From contig CATNEN010000038.1 of the NCBI GenBank assembly GCA_950097015.1, positions 6,076,001-6,140,000 of the forward strand: a stretch of 64,000 nt of DNA. Reading direction: 5' to 3'. Each line of letters begins with the position of its first letter. Positions within the stretch are counted from its first letter, which is position 1. This document shows, one piece after another, positions 43,906-56,100 of this stretch. Under the pieces are notes generated by a model that saw nothing but the letters and a program-made list of their open reading frames with translations, did no database searches and was not told the DNA's origin. The position numbers were made by a program, and so were the translations under genes. This DNA is from Macrostomum hystrix. Lineage: Eukaryota; Animalia; Platyhelminthes.

Positions 43906-44243
43906 AGCTGATGAACGACTTGCCCAGAGGTACAAAACGCACATCAATTGTCTTTGGCCCTCTATTTCTAGCTGTCCCAGCTAGGCTAGTAAAATAGCGA
44001 CTTCTCATTGGCTGGCTGGCCACATGCAGTGCTTGCCACTGACACAGTAGACTATAACTAGACCTCCTGGCCATCTTGTTGCTATGCTATCAACATTTTT
44101 CGTCTCGCAACCGGCATTTCAAACCTGCGGCATACGATTCGTGCAATACTCCATTGCGGGTTCGCGCTTTTTGAAAGTAAGTTTTGACTATGGCTTACCT
44201 ATTCTGCAAAATAATCTGCTAAAATTATTCCCTCTTCCTTATT

Positions 44244-44495
44244 CTGTCACTCTCATTCAGTCACTTTTATTTTGTCACTCTCATTCAGTCACTTTTATTT
44301 TGTCACTCTCATTCAGTCACTTTTATTTTGTCACTCTCATTCAGTCACTCTTATTCTGTCACCCCCATTCTGTCACTCTCATTCAGTCACTCTCATTCAG
44401 TCACTCTCATTCAGTCACTCTCTTTTAGACACTCTCTTTTAGTCACTCTCATTCAGTCACTCTCATTCAGTCACTCTCTTTCAGTCACTCTCATC
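44244..44495. repeat. 14-bp tandem repeat (tcactctcattcag)n
   Basis: Direct copies with variants. Confidence 0.9.
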
Positions 44496-45610
44496 GGTCA
44501 CATTCATGCTATCATTAATTAGTGGCATCTCGGCCTGTTTCTGAGTACATTGTTTTACGGGCAGAGTTGTCTATGGTTCTAGAGCCACGTCACGTGCTGC
44601 AGTTCATCAAGCCTTGTCTGCACTGAATGAAAATGCCTTTGTTCTCATTCAGCTTGACTAGTCCACAATGACAGACAGCATCCGGGATTTAGCCAAGTGT
44701 GTCATCAATCACCAATTTAGCATTTTGTTATAATCCAATGACACAGTTAATGGGCATAATTGTATGTGAAATGGAATCAGATAAACAAATCACAGACAGT
44801 TTTTATATTTCCAATTGCATTGAGCCTGGCACAATCATAGAAAAATTACTGATTTACATGGAACCGTTGTTTAAGAGAGGCCTAAAATATTTTCCTGCAC
44901 ATATAGGGGCTCACAGTGTGCTCATACAGCGATTTGCCGCTATCTTTGCTCAAAATCTTGATGCATTATTCAACTGGCAGTGAATGAGTGAGAGAGTGAG
45001 TGAGCACAGCAGCTCAAGCCTCTAATCCTTCATCCCATCTGTATCCATTTTCCCTAGCCAGGCTTCTCATTTCCTTGACTCAAGCAGCAGCATCTGTGAT
45101 TGATGAAGCGGGCAGGGTTTTATAGCCACGGAAAGTAGAAAATCAATTGATTTTTCTAAGAAATACAGTTTTAGCCTTGATCTTTGGAATGCCATAAAAT
45201 AAACTCTGTGAATTATTTGGCCACTCACAATGCGTCTGTCAAAAGCTAAATAAGCAGTTTTTACGATATCTTCCGCTAGAGATGTAGAATTACAGCAAGG
45301 CATCGTTCGGAATATAAAGCAGATGAAGACAACGCGACACAAAAGTATCCAGTTTCGCTTACATTTACTGATTACTAATTTGATCATAGCATTGCATGAC
45401 AGAATGGATCTGCAAGCTTGGCTTTGTAGTTTAGCTTTGGATTACTAAACTGTACAGACTGTGGCCTGTCTATCAGAATCTACAAAGCAATGAGCACAGA
45501 CGTTCGCGTCCTTTTATCAAATGCTCATAAAGCCAGCATTGATTAGTAAGGGGTCATGACCTCAGAAGCCATGTTTCAGAGACATTCTGCTTCAGTGTTT
45601 GTAGAGCATC

Positions 45611-47153
45611 CCTCCGATCTCTCCAACCAATGTCTCTGATCTCTCTCTCCAACCAATGTCTCCGATCTCTCTCCAACCAATGTCTCTGATCTCTCTCCAA
45701 CCAATGTCTCTGATCTCTCTCCAACCAATGTCTCTGATCTCTCTCCAACCAATGTCTCCGATCTCTCTCCAACGAATGTCTCTGATCTCTCTCCAACCAA
45801 TGTCTCCGATCTCTCTCCAACCAATGTCTCTGATCTCTCTCCAACCAATGTCTCTGATCTCTCTCCAACTAATGTCTCCGATCTCTCCAACCAATGTCTC
45901 CGATCTCTCCAACCAATGTCTCCGATCTCTCTCCAACTAATGTCTCTGATCTCTCCAACCAATGTCTCCGATCTCTCCAACCAATGTCTCCGATCTCTCC
46001 AACCAATGTCTCCGATCTCTCTCCAACTAATGTCTCCGATCTCTCCAACCAATGTCTCCGATCTCTCCAACCAATGTCTCCGATCTCTCTCCAACTAATG
46101 TCTCTGATCTCTCCAACCAATGTCTCTGATCTCTCCAACCAATGTCTCTGATCTCTCCAACCAATGTCTCTGATCTCTCCAACCAATGTCTCTGATCTCT
46201 CCAACCAATGTCTCTGATCTCTCCAACCAATGTCTCTGATCTCTCCAACCAATGTCTCCGATCTCTCCAACCAATGTCTCCGATCTCTCCAACCAATGTC
46301 TCCGATCTCTCTCCAACTAATGTCTCCGATCTCTCCAACCAATGTCTCCGATCTCTCCAACCAATGTCTCCGATCTCTCTCCAACTAATGTCTCTGATCT
46401 CTCCAACCAATGTCTCTGATCTCTCCAACCAATGTCTCTGATCTCTCCAACCAATGTCTCTGATCTCTCCAACCAATGTCTCTGATCTCTCCAACCAATG
46501 TCTCTGATCTCTCCAACCAATGTCTCTGATCTCTCCAACTAATCTCTCCGATCTCTCCAACCAATGTCTCTGATCTCTCCAACCAATGTCTCTGATCTCT
46601 CTCCAACCAATGTCTCTGATATCTCTCCAACCAATGTCTCTGATCTCTCTCCAACCAATGTCTCTGATCTCTCTCCAACCAATGTCTCTGATCTCTCTCC
46701 AACCAATGTCTCTGATCTCTCTCTCCAACCAATGTCTCTGATCTCTCCAACCAATGTCTCTGATCTCTCTCTCAAACCAATGTCTCTGATCTCTCTCTCC
46801 AACCAATGTCTCTGATCTCTCTCTCCAACCAATGTCTCTGATCTCTCTCTCCAACCAATGTCTCTGATCTCTCTCTCCAACCAATGTCTCTGATCTCTCT
46901 CCAACCAATGTCTCTGATCTCTCTCCAACCAATGTCTCTGATCTCTCTCCAACCAATGTCTCTGATCTCTCCAACCAATGTCTCTGATCTCTCTCCAACC
47001 AATGTCTCTGATCTCTCTCCAACCAATGTCTCTGATCTCTCTCCAACCAATGTCTCTGATCTCTCTCCAACCAATGTCTCTGATCTCTCCAACCAATGTC
47101 TCTGATCTCTCTCCAACCAATGTCTCTGATCTCTCTCCAACCAATGTCTCTGA
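45611..47153. repeat. 22/24/26-bp minisatellite (tctccaaccaatgtctc[t/c]gatc(tc)n)
   Basis: Tandem units differ by the number of TC dinucleotides. Confidence 0.97.
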
Positions 47154-47687
47154 TTTTTCTGGTCTGCTGGTTTGCCATACTGACTAATTAATATCTAAAA
47201 TGAGTGTCTAAATTAATTCTTCAATTAGTGGGCTTGAATACGCAATAATACACGTAACGATGTCCTGAGAATAAGGATACGTCACAATTGAATTTATCAG
47301 TCTATAAAATCTATTAAGAAATCTGACACGTTGCGCCTGGAGCAAAAGCATGTAAAATTTGTATCGAGTCTGGGAAATGTGTTATTAAAAAATCCTTCCA
47401 ATAATTAACGCCTCATGCGACGTTGCAGTGGGAGTCCTTCCGGAGGTGTCAAACTTAGCCATCGCCAGCGTTGCCGGCTGCTGCACGGGCCTCATCCTTG
47501 CCCTCAGCCTCGTGCTGCTCTACTTTTGCTGCCGACGCAGATGGCTATACAAAAGTCTGCGCTTCGCTGGGGACCCCGCGGCGCACCTGTGAGTCGGCTG
47601 GTTAATATTGGATACGAAGCGACATGCTTTTCACTTTTCTGTAGGTTTGCACTTCCCCACTTTGTTTTCCTCTGATTTGCTTCACAG

Positions 47688-47974
47688 ATGTGACCCTGCT
47701 GCATCACTGATGGCTACAACGCCCACTGCCAAGCCAGATGGATTCGCACAGAGCAAGCAGCATCAGCAGCAGCAGCAGTTGCTACAGCAACACCGACAAC
47801 TTCTCCGGCCTTGCGCTCATGTGGCGCCTAGCTACAACGGATTCGACATTGCGAATTTCTCCGGTGTCGAAGTCGAGTCACCCGCAGATGATTCGGCTGC
47901 TTCAGCGGCAGCGGCGGCGGCCGTGGTTTTTGCGACTCTGCGAAGTGGACGATACCCATTGGATTGTCTACATG
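47688..47974 (+). other. Possible exon of an unidentified gene
   Basis: GC-rich, Q/A-rich open frame bounded by ttcacag| and catg|gtaatg, with another acceptor (ttttcag) near 48049. No recognisable domain. Confidence 0.3.
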
Positions 47975-48112
47975 GTAATGCAAATATATTATCGAAAAAA
48001 ATAATAATCACACTGCATAACCATTTATTTTGCCAATTCGATTTTTCAGGCTCGACTGCGCAACATGGAGTTTACAAAATAAGCGGTAATTTTCCCTTTT
48101 AGCGTCTCTATG

Positions 48113-49303
48113 AGGGATTGAGGTGTCTGAGGGTCTAGGCGTGAGGTGGCTGTCTGAAGGAGTGAGGTGTCTGAGGGTCTAGGCGTGAGGTGGCTGTCTG
48201 AAGGAGTGAGGTGTTTGAGGGTCATGGCGTGAGGTGGCTGTCTGAAGGAGTGAGGTGTTTGAGGGTCTTGGCGTGAGGTGGCTGTCTGAAAGAGTGAGGT
48301 GTTTGAGGGTCTTGGTGTGAGGTGGCTGTCTGAAGGAGTGAGGTGTTTGAGGGTCTTGGCGTGAGGTGGCTGTCTAAGAGTCAAGTGAGGTGTTTGAGGG
48401 TCTTGGCGTGAGGTGGCTGTCTGAAGGAGTGAGGTGTTTGAGGGTCATGGCGTGAGGTGGCTGTCTGAAGGAGTGAGGTGTTTGAGGGTCTTGGCGTGAG
48501 GTGGCTGTCTGAAGGAGTGAGGTGTTTGAGGGTCATGGCGTGAGGTGGCTGTCTGAAGGAGTGAGGTGTTTGAGGGTCTTGGCGTGAGGTGGCTGTCTGA
48601 AGGAGTGAGGTGCTTGAGGGTCATGGCGTGAGGTGGCTGTCTGAAGGAGTGAGGTGTTTGAGGGTCATGGCGTGAGGTGGCTGTCTGAAGGAGTGAGGTG
48701 TCTGAGGGTCATGGCGTGAGGTGGCTGTCTGAAGGAGTGAGGTGTTTGAGGGTCTTGGTGTGAGGTGGCTGTCTGAAGGAGTGAGGTGTTTGAGGGTCTT
48801 GGCGTGAGGTGGCTGTCTGAAGGAGTGAGGTGTTTGAGGGTCTTGGCGTGAGGTGGCTGTCTGAAGGAGTGAGGTGTCTGAGGGTCTAGGCGTGAGGTGG
48901 CTGTCTGAAGGAGTGAGGTGTTTGAGGGTCTAGGCGTGAGATGGCTGTCTGAAGGAGTGAGGTGTTTGAGGGTCATGGCGTGAGGTGGCTGTCTGAAGGA
49001 GTGAGGTGTTTGAGGGTCATGGCGTGAGGTGGCTGTCTGAAGGAGTGAGGTGTTTGAGGGTCTTGGCGTGAGGTGGCTGTCTGAAGGAGTGAGGTGTCTG
49101 AGGGTCTAGGCGTGAGGTGGCTGTCTGAAGGAGTGAGGTGTTTGAGGGTCTAGGCGTGAGGTGGCTGTCTGAAGGAGTGAGGTGTTTGAGGGTCATGGCG
49201 TGAGGTGGCTGTCTGAAGGAGTGAGGTGTCTGAGGGTCTAGGCGTGAGGTGGCTGTCTGAAGGAGTGAGGTGTTTGAGGGTTTTGGCGTGAGGTGGCTGT
49301 CGG
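48113..49303. repeat. 44-bp G-rich minisatellite (gagggtcttggcgtgaggtggctgtctgaaggagtgaggtgttt)n
   Basis: About 27 tandem copies. Confidence 0.97.
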
Positions 49304-50195
49304 AAGAAGTGGTTTTCAGAGATGCTAAGGGCATCATTAAAGCCTTGAATCTTTGAACTTATTTACAATAAATTCACTCTTAGAAAATGGCCAGTTCTAC
49401 ACAGCTGATGAAGAGGAATCTTCGAGGCCATTACAGCGGAGCACGCGGAAAATAGTCTATGAAGTTGTCGTTTGACATCCAGGCCTCCTAAAGTTTGCAC
49501 TGACCTGCACTGATTTTTTAAAATTCGAATTTCGCTAGCGAGTAAAATTTGTAAAAAATATTTTGAAATTCGCTTTTTGGGTTTTCAAGTGTTTTAAAAT
49601 AACTGATTAAAAATAAAAAGTAGCCGTTTTACTCATTTGCAGCTCTTCATATAAACAATTGTTAGTCGTATTTTGTTTAAAACAATCCAATTTATATTAT
49701 TTCGGATAATTAAACAATTACCAAACAGCCCAGAGAAAACAGGCGTAAGTTATAAAATGAAGCAAATATGCTCTTATGTAAAAATCCTTGGGAAAAAACA
49801 CAAATTCGCGAGCTTTGAACTCACTGTGATCATCTTCATCTAGTTCCTAATGTTTCGGGGCACAAAATATTAATTAAAAACGCGAATAAAAAAATAATAA
49901 TCGGATTAAAATGTCACACAGAGGAGGAAGCTGTTTGATTTGGAGGGAATCGAACAAAAGAATGAATTCGCTACATTAAAGATTCCGATTTGCTTGTCAA
50001 AAGCGTGCCGACGGATTTTGGCTTTTGGTTTAAATCAATAACTAACAAAACGTGACCGATAAAAGGTAAAAAAATGGTGCAAAATAATGCGAAAGCTGAT
50101 GTGCTGCGCATGAAGAAGTCCATGGATTATTGAGTTATCTATTTGGATACTTAAATGAGTCGAACTTGATGATGAATCGCTGCTCAGGTGCTTGC

Positions 50196-53100
50196 TCAGC
50201 TGGTCTTCTGGCCGCTGACCCGCTCCTGCAGACTTGTCAGCTTGCGCTGGGAATTTCTGCAACGACACAAAAAATCGGATCGAATGTAGAGAGTAGTAAA
50301 ATATGCGAATTGTCTAACCCGCTACTTGAAGTAATATTACAAGGAAACCTAAGCTATAACTGTTAATTTATTTTTAGAAATAATTCATGATGAACCATAT
50401 GCTATTTTTAGAAACAGTCTATGAAGTTGACTTGAAACCGGAGAACCGGTTCTCGACAGCTGCATTGCTCACACTCCCATGTATGGTGTTATGCTCACTT
50501 AAAAAAGCCCCCAAACGCAGCTAAACAAACAAGTTTGATCTCGCTGTGCTATAGCGCAACAGACCGGATCGACAAGCAGCTGCCAAGAAGACAAAGAAGA
50601 CAAGAAGACTACAAAGACTCAAGAAGCAACAGACCCGAAACTTCACGGTCGATCAGTAACAAGGAGAAAAAGAACCGCCGACTTACAAAGACCAAAGACT
50701 GCGAGCAACTAGCCACCGAGGAAGAAGAAACCACTGCAGTAAGTGTCACGTGACTGTTATAAATTCCTTGAGAGTTTTGTGTGCCTGGTCAACACACAAC
50801 ACTCTTCAAGAATTCGTTTTACTTGCAGAATTGATAGATACATAAATTGATAATACACTCGCACGAGTATCAGCCTCCTTACCTGAGCTCTATATCTCGC
50901 AGCACCTCCGCGTCCGACGCGCTAGGCGACGAGGATATGCCGCCGGTGCTGCCACCGCTCCCACTGCCACCGCCGCCTCTGAATGAAGATTCTGCAGCCT
51001 CCAACAGGTCCATTAGCGGCTGGCGATGTGCGCGACGCTTCCCGTCCGTCTCTGATGCTGAACTGCTGCTGCTGAGGCGGAGGTCGCGGCTCGAGTCCTG
51101 ACCGACCGACAAGCCGTCTGAGCGCTGCAGGCTGGGATCGTACAGCGTCTCGAATGAGGAATCCAGGGCTAGGAGATGAATTCGGCCAGCTCGGGCAGCC
51201 AACCGGCGGCGCTGAAGATTGTCATCGTCAGAGAAGATGCTGCTGTCGCTTAGAGAACCGTCTGGTCCAACGCGCCGCGGAAGACGCAACTGGCGGGTTT
51301 CTGTTGCTTTGGCCGTTACAGAAGCTGGCGGCACTGTTGCTCTGGTGGCTCCTGTGGGCTTTCCGCTGACAACACGAGGCCTATCTGGCAGCAGAACCGA
51401 AGATGTCTTCGGCGCGCCAACATTTGCCGCGCTTGTCGTCTTCGCATCCGCTGACGCTTCGTCCTTTTCGCCTGTTTCGTCTGACAGGACGCTCGAAGAA
51501 ATGTCTGTATCGGTACGATCTCCGGTGTCTGCCTTTACCTTCCCATTGGCCTTTTCACCACCGCTGCCAGCTTCCTGCAGGGTATCGTCATCTTCGGAAG
51601 TAGAAGAAGAGTTGTCTATGGCCTGTTGACCTTCGCCACTGAGCCGAGCGATTCGCTGCTTTGCCGCCTGAATCAGGGCTTCGTGAGTCGGATCTACGCC
51701 CGTTAGATGCAGACGAGAAGTTTCTCCGATGCCCGGATCGACTTCAGAGTCCGGTCTGTGGCGCACACTGAACCGCGGCAGCTGCGACGGCAAAGGAACT
51801 GGCGGCTGCGGTGGCGGCAGTTTGCGGCGCTGGTGCGCGCTCGAATGCCGGCTACCACCAAGAGCATCACTAGAGCGACTCGTTGCAGACTGCGAACGAC
51901 GCTGCGGCGGTCGACGTCTCGGCGGTCGCTGCCTTTCAATACCTCCTCCGGAGCCGTCATTGTCACTCGCTGAAGTGCCTGACGTTGAGTTCTCGGCATT
52001 CGCTGCAGCTGCCGCTGCCGCCTTTCGGTTCTGCCTCGTAACTCGCAGCGCGTTGAGAATTTTGGCTCTGGATGGAGTACCACATACGTCATTGGCTTCA
52101 GAGTCGGATGAATAGAGCCGATTACTGCCCGGATCATGCGGTCGATTGCCGACTACGGGCAGTGCTAGCTGCTCCTCTGGTTCTGGAGCTTCCGCCCGGA
52201 TCAGGCTAACGATTTGGTCCACGCCAGAAACAAATGCTTCAAAGTCTTCGTCATCTAAGTCTGACAGGGTGTTACGTAGGTCTCGACCCAACAGTCTCTG
52301 CTTTTCCATGTCTGGATTCATCACAGGCGGTGCCGATTGCGTCAGCATTGATGTCCCTTCGGAGGCGTCGTGGTTCCTTGTCAGCGGAGGCGAGGCCGTT
52401 AGATCCACCAGCTGGTCTAGCCGTCGAGAGACGCTGTCCTCGGCACCATCGCCACCTCCGTTGAGGCTACTAAGGTTGGGGACGCTGTGGCTGAGCTGCT
52501 GTTGGACGCCCTCGCGTTTGCGACGATCGTTCACGGCGATGCGGACGAAAATTGGCGGGTTCGACTGGGAGAGGTCCGACTCCGAGCTGCTGCGGACTCG
52601 TTGAGACCGCGCCTGCTGCTGACTGCCTGAGTCCGGCTGGCGATCTGCAAAAGGGGTTTGACACGACATCAAGCTGGCATGATCTCTGACAAGTGTCATT
52701 AAATTTTCCACATTTGCATCGACTACCCTAAGCTAGTATCGGGAGAGAGAAAACAATTCGTGCGTAAATCTTAAACAAATACGCTCGATTTTAGATAAAT
52801 CTAAAATCTTAAATCTAAGAACTTAGGTTTCAACCTCCAATTTTTACGAGAAGGAGTCCAATAACTCACCACGAGATCGCTTCACGCTGAGGACGTCGTT
52901 AGGACTGACAGTTCCGGAGCTGCTGAGACTGCTGCTAAAAATTTCCCGCTGTCTCTGTCGCTGCTGTTGTCTCTCAGAGGCAGGCGAGCCCTTAGTGCCA
53001 GATCGGCCTGCAAGTGGTTTTCGCTGCTCACCAGCCGCGCTGGGATCTGATGGCTCGATGTCCGCCTCTGAACTGCCGGTCATGCCCACCGCATTGCTCG

Positions 53101-56100
53101 GCTCCTTGGTGACAAGCAGCCTCTTAGGCGCTGTCACTGAAGCTCGCGGCTTGGAATCCCTGCTATCGCTGGACGCGCCTCGTTCATCTTCTGAGGCAAT
53201 GCGTGCCTCCCCTTTGCGGTCGAATTCATCCGTGGCAAGTTTGCTTCGATTTTGCTTACCCGAAGTCTCTTCAATGGCCTTGTTTTCAGAATCTCGAGTT
53301 CTCAAACCTGTTATCTCATCATTGCTCTCCTCTTCAAGGAAGCTGTCAGAGTAAGAAAATTCATCGGACTGATTGGCTGTCGAGGTCAGTTGACGCTGAG
53401 CCGGGCGATCCAGATTTGAAATTTCACCAGCGGCTGCAATCTTCTGCGTTTCTTCACCCGATTTAGACGTAAGGCTGTCATTGGTTGGTTGAACAGTTTG
53501 ACCAACCGATGGACTACTGGGCAGCTTTCTTTTAATATCGGACTGGATAAATTCTGGTGTGCTAGAATCCGGAACACTTCGCCTAAGAATATCATCCGCA
53601 TCCGACTCGCTTGGCGCTGATCCGCTTGCTTCCTTGAAAGTCCACGAAGGTGGTCGATCCGCTCTGTCTGGTTTACCTGAGCTGGCTGATGAACTCTGAG
53701 ATTCAGACGATCGCTTTTTTTTTGTAGCCAAGTCGCTTTCAACTGACTCGGCTGAGAGCTCCATTTGAGCTTTCTGGTCGGTTGCAACGTCAAGTTTCGG
53801 CAGATTCTCAGGACTTTTAACGCCCGAGGAGCCGAGAATTTCTATGTGGACCCTGGGTGGGGGTGCCATTTCACTGCTTACATTCATCGCCGATTCGGAG
53901 GGCCTGCTCCTTCGAGTTTCAATGCCAGCGTCTTCTTGGTCGAATGTTTCTTTCACACCTTGCTCGGGGCCTGATTGAATCGAATGCTTTCCAGTCGTAT
54001 TTAGAGGCCGATGCTGATTAGGACCTTCCTCGAAGTCTTCTCGGGCCTTCTCCCCTCTCGACTGGACTAGAAAACTCTGGTTTGGACTGATTGGCTCACC
54101 AGTTTGCCCGGCCACCCGAGTTGGAATTTTCGAGCCCGGGAAAATATGTCCCACGTCGCCCGCAATGGGACCGGCAGCTCCTTGACTTAGAGATGACTTT
54201 GGCCGGCCTGATTGCTGCAGCTTTTGTTGCTGCAGTTGTTGTTCTTGCTGCTGCCTCAGCTGTTGCTGCAGTTGTTGTTCTTGCTGCTCCCCCAGCTGTT
54301 GCTGCAGCTTATGTTGCTGCGGTTGCTGTTGTTTCTGCAGCAGCTGCTGCTGCTGCTCTTGCTGCTGCCTCTGTTGCTTCGGCTGCTGCAGTTTCTGGTC
54401 CTGCTGTTCTTGTTGCTTCATTTGTTGGTGCTGCTGCTGTTGCTGTTTGAGTAGTGAAGATTGATCAGCATCGGTTATTCCAGGGGACCTTGGTTTAATC
54501 AGCCTCAGCGGCAGAGGAATGCCTGAGCCAGTGCTGAAGCCGAGTTCGATTCCGGCATCCCTGTCTGAGCTGGAGGAGCCAAAATGAGGCTGCTCTGTTT
54601 TCTCCTTTCCGTTGCTCTGTAAGTCATCTTTAAGAAAAAAGTCCTGCCCTTTGCCATCGCTTGACTGAACATTAAGTGCAGAATCACCTCGCTGTTTGGA
54701 GCTTCTTTCCCGCGATTCAGTGTCAGAATCAGTTTTTGTGGGCAGCTTGTCAGCATGTCGACCCTGCGCTGTGGCGCTTCCTTGACTCCGCTCCCCGATG
54801 CGGCTTGACTGAGCTGAAACCAAAGGGTCCTGAAGATCCTTATCGGAGCTGGATCTGAATGCGCCAGAGACACGAGAATCACCTGGCTGGTTTTGTTGGC
54901 CTTGTTCATTCGAAATCCCGACTAGTGCAGGCAATAGATTTCGTTTATTGTCGACAGAGTCATCAAACTTCCTGGGTACTCCCTCAGCTCTCTCTGTCCC
55001 ATCTTGTATATTTTTTTCTGAATCGTTTTCCGATTCAGTAAAATATTTTTTGTCTGCCTCTTGTTCTGCCACAAGTCTGCTTTCGTCTGCTTGGTGTGAG
55101 TTAGAAGCAGAACTACTGTATTTACTTTTTTCTTTTGCTTGCTCGGATTCCGAATCCGTGTGCTCAGGCCTATGAAGTCCACGTTGCTTCGCTTGTACCA
55201 AACCGCCTGGATCGCCACTAAATTTCGCGCCCGTTTTACCAACGTCGTCATCATCGGACGACCCATCTTCGCGTCTGTTGGAGCGACTCTGTGATTCCTC
55301 TGATTGAACAGCGGAACTTCTTGGTTTCTTGCGAATTATTGTCCCGGTGTGCTCACCGGACTCAGACGATGCTGAATCAGTTGGCTCTTCAAGTTTGATT
55401 AGTGGTTTGAGCTTTTGAGTTGCAAGCTCCATAGCGGCACCTGTGGGAGTCGTTTTTTCTGCTCTGGTTAACTGGCCAGCGCGGGCCTTCTGTTCGTCTT
55501 TCAAAAGATCCTTAGCATCAGAATGCCTGGCTGAAGCGGCTAATCTGTCTGATCGAGTGCTTTCGTCAGGAGCAGAGTCATCTCTCGACTTGATGTCGAT
55601 CTTCTTAGACTGTCTGCCAGATCGCATAGGACCACCAAATCCAGCTCTGCCACCGTCGACTTGGTCAGACAGGTCCGACTGAGCGGAGTCGCTGAGACAC
55701 TCTGACCCATCTCTCCTGGCTCTCTCAGAGTTTTGCTCTCTCGGTTGATCTTTTTTATTCTGGTCAGAAGGCGGCTCCGCAACAGCGTTGCTGCCTCGGG
55801 CAACGCTTGAATCGATTTTCGCTGACAGCGTTTCGTCCCCGCTAACCCTAGGATTTTGAGCAGGACTCTCCGAACCCGAATTCTGCCGCAGTCTGGGGTC
55901 CAAGCTGTTACGCTGATTTGTCTTTGAACCTTCAATACTGCCTCTTGATGGTAGCTTAGACCTGCGCGCTGCCGATTCTGCAGATAACTCGTCATCTGAT
56001 TCATCGCGACTTCGGCGTCTTCCATGGTCTTCAGCCTTTGAGCCATCATCACTTTTTCTGCCAGTGCGTCTGTCTGAGTAATCTGCGGTCTTGCGCGAGA

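Noticed and set aside
45554-49337. Many overlapping repeat ORFs (ERDQRHWL, TLKHLTPSDSH and similar)
   Set aside because: Translations of non-coding minisatellites whose unit lengths are mostly not multiples of three.
50460-50800. Possible solo LTR in the last intron of the giant gene
   Set aside because: Purine-rich and LTR-like in texture, but no clear TG...CA ends or TSD could be identified.
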